A stretch of DNA of 62,877 bases, filler included, from Collodictyon triciliatum (lineage: Eukaryota), in assembly GCA_043381765.1 (NCBI GenBank). It is 13 parts of 13 records of this genome, joined end to end, with 100 filler letters (N's around TTAATTAATTAA, not from the genome) between each part and the next. Parts side by side here need not be neighbours in the genome. Positions count along the whole stretch, not along the records: positions 48,306 to 53,662 come from JBHJMP010005268.1; positions 53,763 to 59,117 come from JBHJMP010005269.1; positions 59,218 to 61,504 come from JBHJMP010005320.1; positions 61,605 to 62,877 come from JBHJMP010005407.1; 9 more parts are not named here. The stretch is one strand, 5' to 3'. Under the pieces are notes generated by a model. The model did no database searches and was not told the DNA's origin. It worked only from the letters and a program-made list of their open reading frames with translations. Below are positions 51,801-62,877 of this stretch, in pieces (the stretch's first letter is position 1; every line of letters starts with the position of its first letter). Made by a program: the position numbers and the translations under genes.

Positions 51801-53385
51801 GATGGAATGTATATATATATATATACTGATTTAGAATTAAAGGAATTATGTGTATTCTTTGAACAAAATAAAAGCTAGAATTATGATAAAAATAGCATCA
51901 AGATATATATTACCCCTAAAAAAAAAAAGAAGATAATATAAGATAAGATAGATATGATGACTGATAGTATGATTCGTAAAAAAAAAATCACCTCTAGTTC
52001 ACGGTCATCATCCTCAGGGTCTTCGATGGACTTTCCTTTTTCCATGGCCTCCAGAACTTGTGTTCGGATGACATCTTTGATAAACATAGGCTTATACTCC
52101 TGCAGTTAACACATCACATATGTTAAAGTGAGTGAGATATGATGAAGAAATAAATATATTTCTGTGAGTATTCCTGAATGTAAAGAATGATTATTTAGTT
52201 CATGTTACCTTTTCCTTTGGTTTTGAGTCATCCTGAACTTGTTCTAAATAATTTACCATTATTTCATTGTCATTTTTAAGGAGAATATGTGGACTTTTTT
52301 TCTTTCCATTATTTGGATTTCTTAGGCTAAAGATGTTTTGAATATAACAATATGCATGTTGTGCATCAGTGTTAACATGATAAGTTCTTTACTATATCAT
52401 ATGTTTTGTATTATGCACATAATCCAAAATATATCGAGTACCTGTCTCTTCCTCAAAGAATTTCGTAGATGGGTCGTACACTTTAGGATCTTTTTGCCGA
52501 ATCATAATCAAAACTTGCGCGATTTTGTCATCAACATCAGGTGTTAAATCCTCAGCATCCTCATCTTCCTAATAGCAGAAAACCAACCTTTATAAAAAAG
52601 AAATGCCAGGAAGGAAATTTCTTCATTTTCAAAACAAGACATACATAAGAATATCATTATGAAGTAGTTTGAACATACATCTTCCTCTTCACTATCTTCA
52701 TCGTCTTCCATTTCTTTCACTGGAATTTGTGTGTGTATGAGTTTATAAATGAAGGAATGTGAATAGATTATATGAATTAAAATAGATAAATATATTAGCG
52801 AATGGTACGTTTTGATAACTCCTCCCGTTCTTTCCTCTTCTCGTATCTCTTGGCATATTCTTCATTAATTCTCAACTTTATTTCTGCAGCAATTTGTGAG
52901 GCTTTTGATTTCGTAGCACTTTTCTGGTCTTCGTTTTCTTCCTCGTCGACTTCTTTTCCTTTCTTTTTCAGCCCGCTTTTCTTTGTTTGCTTCGCATCCT
53001 TTTGAGTTTTCTTTGCAGCTGTGCCTTTTTTCTTCTTTTTGGCCTCCCCTTCGCCGATCAAGTCGGCCTCTCCAAACTTTTTGTTACTTGCGTTCTCTTC
53101 GTTGCCTTCGTCTTCGTCGTCCCACAGTTGCTTTTTCGTAGGCTTGGATTCAAGTGGTATAAAGTCTTCTTCGCCTGCGGCTTCATGCTGAGCACTGGTT
53201 TTTGTCTTCTGCGCTGCGGGCTTTTTTTCTTTACCTTTGTCTTTACCTTTACCTGCGTCCTTGTCTTTGTCTTTGACTTTTTCTTTGGGCTTTTGATCAA
53301 AGTCGGCTGTGTTTGCTGTCTGCTTCTCTACATGTTTGTCCTTCGTTTTGGGCGCAGCTTTCTTTGCCTTTTGTGCTGATTCCAT
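48881..53385 (-). CDS. KRI1: KRI1 homolog (40S ribosome biogenesis), multi-exon
   Basis: INEEYAKRYEKRKEREEL; KDPKVYD; FERIHNFRFEEP; YPRQIPESVR; EELKRLKNLKKKEI; DLEGDFDPDEF; RFKYVSVKPSSYGMSVEEILNSEDKDLNQRISLKKLAPY. Confidence 0.93.
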
Positions 53386-53940
53386 CTTTTGGTTGCACAG
53401 CCACTCCTGCAGGATTTCAGGCGAAAGGAAACCACTTGAATGGTATTGAGAGGGAGAGAGAGGCTTCGTGTGTTTATTACGTTTTTCTCGCAATTGCACA
53501 TAAACTTATCCAGCTTTACTAATATTATTATCATTTTATTATTATTGTTTTTATTGTTTTTATTGTTTTTATTGTTTTTATTGTTTTTATTGTTTTTATT
53601 GTTTTTATTGTTTTTATTGTTTTTATTGTTTTTATTGTTTTTATTGTTTTTATTGTTTTTATNNNNNNNNNNNNNNNNNNNNNNNNNNNNNNNNNNNNNN
53701 NNNNNNTTAATTAATTAANNNNNNNNNNNNNNNNNNNNNNNNNNNNNNNNNNNNNNNNNNNNTACTATTACTATTACTATTACTATTACTATTACTATTA
53801 CTATTACTATTACTATTACTATTACTATTACTATTACTATTACTATTACTATTACTATTACTACCATTATTAGAGGAAAAGTGAAAGTACAAGCAAATAA
53901 GGCCAGATTCTGGCCAGGGCCTCTAATAACGACACGCCAG

Positions 53941-53989
53941 TAAGCCACCGGCTTTAGTTTCTTTTTTCCTTTATTAAGCCACCGGCTTT
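53941..53989 (-). mobile_element. Minimal retroposon-like insertion with 15-bp TSD
   Basis: TAAGCCACCGGCTTT at 53941-53955 and 53975-53989 flanks 19 nt, minus strand ATAAAGG-A-rich tail. Confidence 0.7.
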
Positions 53990-54599
53990 GTAAAATGAGA
54001 AAGTGGACATATAAAACTCAATAGTGTGTGATCGAGAGTGTGTTTGAGAAGGGTTAAGCTTCTTTGCATTTCCTAGGGAGAGGGTCTTGCCTCTGGTCGA
54101 AGTGTTTGGTGTAAGTGACTGGGAGGTTCTGCGGGTCGGTTCTAAGCTCCGTCTGGCATTACGGCGGAATCGATCATAATTTTTTTTATTTTTTTCGTGT
54201 TTTTTACATTTTTGAAATGGCACGGATGAATCCGTTACAACATCTTTGGATGGAGTATGATGTGAATCAAATTATTAAAATAATTCCGCCCATTTAGTAC
54301 TTCACTTAACGGAAGAAAATATATGAATATAATTATGTATAATATTTATATATTATGTTTATTATTTGAACATAATCATAATATACTGATGCAAATAGAC
54401 TAATGTTAATAAATTCCACATATTAATTGAACCGTCTGTGTTCGATCAAGCCCACATCACCAGCCAGCCGATCGATCCGCACAAAGGAGTTGAACCTTCA
54501 AAACCGAGCAACCTTCAGAAGATTCGCTGTAGAAAAGCTGTACATCTCCACAGCACAACTGTGGGCTCAGGAAAACCTTTATTAGGGGCGATATCACTG

Positions 54600-54953
54600 A
54601 TGCCGCACGAAGTCGATCCTGGTTTGCAGCGCATGCATCGCCTCGTGCGCCTTGGATCGGTTGTTTCAGTCCTTGGGATCGGGTATGTGGCGCTCTTCAA
54701 GGTTGACTACCAGGGAGACCATGTGTTCACCTCGGTATGGGGGCTTTTTCAATATCCTAACCTATTTCTCTTTTTTCTTTGACGAACATCGGTGATAGGG
54801 ATTTCAAAAAAGATAGAGAGAATAAGAAAGCGGATGACTTGTGAACTAGGATTATATCAATCCGTTTTATAGATACAGCGCGCATATCAGAAGTGGGAGG
54901 ACGCTGTCATGAACCCACCTCGTCCAGAAGGAGATTCAAAAAGTAAAAAATAG
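54600..54953 (+). CDS. Small (~71 aa) single-pass membrane protein, 2 exons
   Basis: Exons 54600-54734 and 54873-54953: MPHEVDPGLQRMHRLVRLGSVVSVLGIGYVALFKVDYQGDHVFTS/IQRAYQKWEDAVMNPPRPEGDSKSKK*. Confidence 0.6.
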
Positions 54954-55259
54954 AACGCAGGGGACGGAGCAGCGTTCACAGACTTACAGGCAACCCCATC
55001 TTTTGGCTGACTCAAGTAGCAAACTCACAAACGGTGCGCTTGAGAGTATGAAAAGAATGATAATAAACTCCATCTACATCCCCAGGCTGGGCTTTGCAAT
55101 AAGTTGTTCGTACAAGGAAAAATGATAAACACACAGATGGGCCTACTCTCCTAATTATTTTTTTTTTTTTGCGGGGGGTTTTATTCCTGGTCCTAACTTG
55201 CAGACTCTGTCCATGGCACAGACATCCAGTTTTTCTTCATCAAGAGCCACACGTTTGAA

Positions 55260-58200
55260 TCAAAGTTCTTCAACAAGAACCTTTTTCTTGCCTTTAGTTG
55301 GCTGGTCACGCATTTGCAAAAACCGCTGGATAGGATCGACTGCAGCCTCTGCTTCCTCATCTGTCTCTCGCACAAGGCCTTGCTTTCCCCGCAGCGGGGC
55401 TACCATAGGAGCCTCAGACGATCTCTTTGGCACAGAAGATGATGGACTCGATGCAGAGGATGAGGACGATGATGGTGGGGGAGTTTGAGATGTTTTCAGC
55501 TTGATAGGGATGGGTGTAAGGTCTTTCTGCAATGCAAGCAGGTCAGGTTGATTCTCGTTATGAGATATCCCTTCTTTCACAACTGCGAGGGCGTCTGGAC
55601 GTGAAAGAAAAAGGAAAAAGGAAAAAGAAACGAGAGCAGATTAAAACAAGACTACCGCCTTAAATCGAATAAATAAAACGCGGATAAAAAAAAATTCGAC
55701 CACCATAATATGAATCTCAAAAATTGGCATGTAAAGTACATGAGCTCACCTGTTCGCTTGTTTAACTCGATTAATGCACTCGCTTTGCGGAAATATGCCT
55801 GGTTAAAAAATCAGGTGGTTTTCGAATGAAATGGTAGCGTGTTAGTTTCTTTTTTTTTTTTTTAAGAGTGGAAAAGGTCATTTTCTTTCGGATTACCTTG
55901 ACAGTTTTGTTGCTGAGATTAATGGCCTCGTCACAGTCCGCGATGACTTGGAGGAGTATTTCGGCTTTCTCAGCTGGCTCTTTCATGGACTATAGGAGGT
56001 TATGTCGGGGAAGTTAATCATGAAATGCTGTTCTTTATTCTTTTTTTTTTTCGAAAAAGAAAAGAGTAGTGAATAAAACATCGACCAATTACAGCAACAT
56101 GAGGCCGTAGTTTTTGATTCAAAGCATCGAGGCGAATGAAAAAAAAAGTTTTGGAATACTTTGGCAAGCTTGAGCTTTGCTGCTGCACGGTTGGAGAAAA
56201 CATCAGGCTATACAAATGAATGGTATCAAATAAAATAGAGAAAGATATACAGCTTAAACGCTTAATATATGTAATTGACGATTATTTTCTAACATTTTTC
56301 GGATTAATCTGAATAGAGTCCGAGTATAAGGATATTGCTTCCGACATATTTCCTTTTGAAAATGCCTCGTTTCCTTTCTTTTTAATCATGTCTGCCTTTT
56401 CTTGAAGGATTTCCTTTGGTTGAAGTGTATAGTTAAATCCTTGAACTGATGATACCAAAGCACGCGGGTAAGGGTGGTAAGAAATAGCATACTTGCTGTG
56501 GTCTAATATCACCCTTTCCAGACATAAACTCCAAAAATTCTAGTTGCCAATAAAACACTGTATTAAGTTCAAAACATGTTTTGGAAAAATGTCTATCGTA
56601 GACTACATATACCAACCAGCTTCATTCAGTCCAGGAGTTCTCGAAAAATCTTCGTATCTATTTAAATATTTGGGAAAATGTCGCTTTACGTTTCTTTTCA
56701 TTGAGATATTCAAACAGTAATTTTTTCTTCTAAAATTGCATTTTAAAAAAATAGTTACAATCTTCTTGCCAAATCTCTTTCTTCTTCCAGCGCTGTTTCT
56801 TTCTGAGACCAATTCTTCAGATTATCTAATATAAGGTTGCTTATTTTTCCATTAAGGAAAAAAGTGTGTTAGATATGAAATACTTTGATGGTTTCCCCCT
56901 TTATTCGATTCAAAGTGCAGCGAGGTTATGCCATACAAAAAATATTTTTTTTCCTTTATTCGATTCAGATGCCATACAAAAAAATACTTTGATGGTTAAC
57001 ATTCAAAAAGTACCTCATGGGCAAAACGTTTCCTTGGCAATGATGTAGTCTAATCCAACTGGCATAAAATGCAAAAAGCTGCAAGCAATAGTATGAGCCA
57101 GACGGAATTTCTAGTGCCAAGATATTATTTAACAAGCTGGTTTATTTTCTCTTAATCTTTCACTTCAATCATGGAAATAGAATTGTTCTTTCTCTGATAT
57201 TGATAAGAACAACAAATCACGACCTAATCGTGTGCGCGGTTACAAAATAAATTCTTAAGTTTGATGTAATATTACCAACATCAGAGTTTGCAAAGAGGTT
57301 TTTGATTAGGTTTGTTTTTGATAACTCAAGCATCTTTTGGTTCACAGCTTTATCCGTTGTCGGGGTTTCATGAGCTAATATTACATTAGAAAGCATTTAA
57401 ACAAGGGAGGGATGATGCCAAAAACAAATTTATAACCGGGGTTTAATCTTCAAACTTACAGGCGAACCAGTCGTACAAGTCGACATTAGTTATTTGCATG
57501 AATATGTCTCTACAACACCGAAGAGTAGTAAAATAATTTAATGAATAGAAATAACGACCCAAATTTTATCACACATGATTCTATTATTACACGGCTTGAC
57601 TTCGCATATAGAGATTTGGAAGGGTCATCAATTCCACCTAAGCAATACGCACATTTAAATAAAGATTCAGTTTGATATTTACCAAAACCCACACCTGTTA
57701 AAGTTTTAATCGGGAATGAATCGAAGCGATATGAAATATTGACGCATAGAAAGAGGTGCTGATGCAATTAACATTTTTTCTACTTTATTTATAATGACAA
57801 CCAACCAATGCAGCCAGCCCGCCAGATATTATAAAACTCCGAACAAATACCCAGTCGCGCACGTGCATCAAATACAGCATTGACAATGAGGGCACGAGTG
57901 CCTGTAAAATTCCAGGAGGTGTATCAGTTCAACTTCTTCCTTCGCAAGAATTTCTTGCGTGTTTCCTCAGTGTGTTATATATATGCCAGTTTACTAAAGA
58001 CACAAAGCATCGAATTTGATTACTTTGATGGTGGGATGATCTTGGGGGGCCTCATCTGGTGGCCGAGAGAGAAGAGATACATAGTACGGAGCAAAATGTT
58101 CTCCTGGAAAAAACAGAATTTGCCTGACCTGGGAAGAGATAAAGAATCCATGCAAATACGTAAGTTGATGTACTAAAATAAACAAATAGTTCAACCATTA

Positions 58201-58754
58201 ACATTGTTTTCCCTCTATGATAGAAAGAGTCGTTGCCACGGATTCACTGCACACGCTATGAAAGAGTTGTCATATAGCTGTGTCTCTTGTGGAGGAAGGG
58301 AAAAGTCATGCACCTCATCAATAACCAACCGCTTCCCGAGTATGATTTCCATTTCTTGGAGTGGAGGTCTTTCCCAGTGCTTCAAAAAGCCCTTCCGCAA
58401 TGACTCTTTCAAGTCTTGGAGTATATGAGAAGGGGGTCGCATAAAAGGAAAAGGGTGTAATAGAAAAAAAAATTAAAATTAAAAAAAAAACTGAAGTTGA
58501 GATGAGGAAAAAAGAAAAAGAAAAAGAAAAAGAAAAAGAAAAAGAAAAAGAAAAAGAAAAAGAAAAAGAAAAAGAAAAAGAAATAGAAAAAGAAATAGAA
58601 AAAGAAAAAGAAGAGAAAGAGAAAGGCTACGAGAAGCAATTTCGTGTCCTATAGTGTTTTTATCACCTTCCTCAGGAATCGCAGAAAGGATCTGGGCAGT
58701 CTTGGCCAAGAAGTCAGACTCTGTGATGGTAGGAACTTCCGTGATCCGAACCAT
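55260..58754 (-). CDS. Multi-exon TPR-domain (carboxylate-clamp type) co-chaperone-like protein
   Basis: Three TPRs: ADMIKKKGNEAFSKGNMSEAISLYSDSI, VFSNRAAAKLKL..ADCDEAI, KAYFRKASALIEL. Helical N-terminal region. Ends KKVLVEEL*. Confidence 0.8.
56878..56997 (-). mobile_element. Two nested ultra-short retroposon-like insertions (intronic)
   Basis: Outer TSD AAATACTTTGATGGTT (56878-56893, ~56982-56997). Inner TSD ATGCCATACAAAAAA(A)TA around 56945-56968. Both inserts carry TGAATCGAATAAAGG. Confidence 0.8.
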
Positions 58755-59433
58755 CTATTGCTGACTCAATTGCCTCGTGTTAGTCTTTGACACAGCCGCT
58801 TCAGAATAAACATCTTTTCTTTTCACATCACTTTTTCTTCACTGATAACCTTTTCCCGGCCTTTTGTTTTAGATTGCTGCGGAGAACAGGGAGGCAAGAA
58901 AAGAGAAAACCTGCGTCATAAACTACAGATTTAGATAAATTCGTTACAGGAGGGTGGTATTCGCTCTCATTTTCGTTGTTGGAAAATCAGACATAAATTC
59001 TGTTTGATCGCCCCTGCCAGATGAAACAAAAACAAAAAACAAAGCAGAAAAACAGAAAAACAGAAAAACAGAAAAACAGAAAAACAGAAAAACAGAAAAA
59101 CAGAAAAACAGAAAAACNNNNNNNNNNNNNNNNNNNNNNNNNNNNNNNNNNNNNNNNNNNNTTAATTAATTAANNNNNNNNNNNNNNNNNNNNNNNNNNN
59201 NNNNNNNNNNNNNNNNNTTGGCTCAAGAAAAAAATTTGCCCCCCGGCTGATTGCTTTCTACAAAAAAAAAAAAAAAAAAAATCCCCCGGAACGAGACGTC
59301 AGATAAGAGAGGGATATAGGGAAATATACGACAAAAAAAAAAACAGAAGCGTTTCGGTGCGGTTTATCATGAAAGAATCCGCTGCAAAAACAAATGATAC
59401 CTTTATTTACTATACGTAGTTACTAAAATATTA

Positions 59434-60182
<749 letters not shown>

Positions 60183-60819
60183 GATAATGAGGCTGCTTGT
60201 GTGCGGAGGCGGTGTTGACTGCTGCTATGCGGTTGATGGGTTGGGTGATTAGTGTGCGGGATTCTCGCGTTGCGCTTCTGACAGACGCGATCAGACGCAC
60301 TGATTGATCTCTGCAGAGCCTTCGATGAGGTGAATGTGCGAATCGTCGCTGCAGATGCCGAGTTTTGATGAAACTGTCTCGTCACCAAATGCCTTTTTGC
60401 TTATATCTCGGTGAAACGTGCTTATGTATTATGACGAAGTGCCGCGCGTTGTCGCGCTTGCATTTATTTTGTCACAAATACTATCGAAACTTGACAATAA
60501 AACTATGACAATATTTATGAAAACGATGACGTCATAGACCACAAGGTATTTAGGGAGTCTTTTACACAATTGGAATATAGCTATTTGATTATGTATTCCA
60601 GGAACAACTGCAAACATCGCACTGGAAGGGTGGAATCAAGATGCCTATATCCTGGGCGGCTTCCTTTACTAGGCTCTCTTCTTTTTGTCCCACGCTCGGT
60701 CGCGAGATTCAGCTCCAGCACATATGTTTTGATATCTGAACTTTAATATTTTTTTTAATTCCCGGTTTGATTATTGCTCAGGCGGCGTGAGTGATAGTTC
60801 GCTATTCGGTCTTTTGCGG

Positions 60820-61190
60820 CTATTCATCTTCCTCCTCTTCATCAAAGTCGATATTGGGGTCATCTTCAAGAAGGGCATCTGCCAAATCCTTGTCGAATAT
60901 GACCGATTCCGAATTGTCCCCTGTGACAATAAAATTCATATATAAGTTGATTGTTACGTATCCAAAAGGTTAAAAGAATGTGTGCAACGTATCCTTCTGG
61001 TATTTTTCCTTTATATTCCACTTTTTTTAGGGTGGTATTCATACACTTTGTGAAGGAGAAAAAAAAATGTCACAGCGAAATCGGTTGTATGTCCATGCTC
61101 ATTCACCTTCGTCCAACATCGCGGCTTCCTCTCTCAGAAGAGCAACAAGGCGCTCATCGCTCACACCAGCTGATTCAAAGAGCTGTCGAC
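60820..61190 (-). CDS. 3' exons of an acidic-tailed protein, possibly DFRP family (RWDD1/ZC3H15-like)
   Basis: GRQLFESAG.../GDNSESVIFDKDLADALLEDDPNIDFDEEEDE* resembles the DFRP C-terminal G[RK]QLFE motif. Partial sequence only. Confidence 0.45.
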
Positions 61191-61453
61191 CTTATGGCAC
61201 AAATTTCGGCAAGGGTAAGCAAAGCTAATCTCTATGTGTTGGTTGAGGAAACGCTATTTTTTTTTATTATTATTTGTGTGAGATTTGTGTGAGATTTGTG
61301 TGAGATTTGTGTGTGTGTTTGTGTGTTTGTGAGTGTATTTGTGTGTGTATATATTTGTGTGTGTTTGTGTGTATTTGTGTGTGTTTGTGTGTGTATATTT
61401 GTGTGTATATTTGTGTGTATATTTGTGTGTGTATATATATTTGTGTGTGTATA

Positions 61454-61504
<51 letters not shown>

Positions 61505-62498
61505 NNNNNNNNNNNNNNNNNNNNNNNNNNNNNNNNNNNNNNNNNNNNTTAATTAATTAANNNNNNNNNNNNNNNNNNNNNNNNNNNNNNNNNNNNNNNN
61601 NNNNTCGGTTTCTCTTCATTGAAAACAGCTGTTTCCAGGTTCATTTCTCCGAAAGATGGGGTGAGCTCATCGACCACAAGGCAAAACAACAACAAGAAAC
61701 ACTTGCGCGGCTAATTCTGTGATGTGCTGCAGAGCAGCAGACAATCAAAAGCCTCGTCACAACAGCCTGAAAAAGTGGCAGTGTGTTCGATTCCAGCACA
61801 TTCCGCATGAGCAGCGACTTTTGCAAAAATAGCAGGTTTCACTGAAAACATGCAGAAATGCGGATTTATTTGACCCTACCTTCACCACATAAACTCACCC
61901 TCGATCAAACCGCGATATATATTGCCGCCTAGGGTCTCCAAGCCTGAATCACTTAGCACAGTCCAAGTAAACTGTCACAAAGTATGGCTTCGCAGCAGGC
62001 GCGAGGCAGGCGCCGGAGTACGCTCTCTGTTGTTGGTAAAAAAATACGGAGAGTAGTGTGCCAGCTTTCAGGATACCAAAGTTCGTCGCAGGAGCGTGAA
62101 CTTTTTACTACCCATAAGCACGTTGAAGATGTGTTTTCTATTTCCTGCGCTTGTCTCTCACTAGGGCATAAGAGACACGTTTCGATAATCCGCAGTCAGG
62201 CGCTGAATACATAATAGTCCACTTTCCCGCGCGCTGCTTCCCTTCCTTCCTTCCTTCCTTCCTACTCTCTTAATCCCTGGCCGAAAAGAAATACGAATGG
62301 ACAAAAGAAACACCCCAGTGTTCGGCAGCAGTTCTGTCATGATTAGTCCTTTGCCTGCGGGTCTCGATCAGTAAGCAAAGAATACAGAGAACCCCTTGGA
62401 CTACCCGCCCTACTGTCTAAAATCGGCGCGGACACGAACTTGCGCTCCCACTCCAGCCCGCCCAATACCGGCAACTGAAACACACTCACTAGGGCAGC

Positions 62499-62660
62499 AT
62501 GAGCGGAAAGGAGGAGCCTCTCTTGGGGAGTTCCATCAACTCTCCAAACAGCAACAACCGCAACAAGAAGATCATCGCCGCAGTCGCCTCGGTTGTCGGA
62601 GTTGTTTTTATCAGCTTGGGCATCTTTTTCTACTTCTTTATTGGCACTGAGCTGCAAAAG
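62499..62660 (+). CDS. First exon of a type II membrane protein (truncated)
   Basis: MSGKEEPLL...NKK followed by a hydrophobic anchor, then a GTACC donor. Confidence 0.55.
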
Positions 62661-62877
62661 GTACCGAGGCTTAGCGCCCTTACTCTAACCCTTTCCTTTT
62701 CTCTGTTTCATTTTCCCCCTGTTCATATTTGATTTTCCGTTTCCGATCTTCTTTTCTTTTCTTCTTTTTCTTCTTTTCCCCCCCCCCCCCCCCCCCCCTC
62801 CCCCCCCCCCCTTTTTTTTTTTTTTTTTATTTCCTTTTTTTTTTCCTTTTCTCTCTCTTTCTTTCATCCTTTCTTTT

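Overview
Eukaryotic (protist-type) nuclear DNA that is AT-rich, intron-rich (GT-AG), microsatellite-rich and uses the standard code. The window is not contiguous genome. It is 13 unrelated contigs, mostly ~5.36 kb and roughly sorted by length, joined by artificial 100-bp spacers (44N-TTAATTAATTAA-44N), so neighbourhood across spacers means nothing. Gene models were spliced by hand. Recognisable genes: a PH-Clu-TPR-ARM protein, a very divergent beta-type tubulin, two tandem SAM+2TM paralogs (second one disrupted), a Cys-rich multi-TM surface protein, M18BP1/KNL2, a catalytically degenerate tmAC-like cyclase, a SAM-QueD(PTPS-I) fusion with a mitochondrial-like presequence, NAA20, KRI1, a TPR co-chaperone and HPD. 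Three things stand out. (1) The intron-containing SAM-QueD fusion. (2) A decayed Fanzor1 (eukaryotic TnpB) locus followed by a hairpin-rich candidate omegaRNA. (3) A dispersed family of ultra-short (19-45 nt) poly(A)-tailed insertions ending CTTTGAATCGAATAAAGG(A)n, with 11-17 bp target-site duplications, including a nested pair. All family calls rest on recalled motifs; no database search was run.
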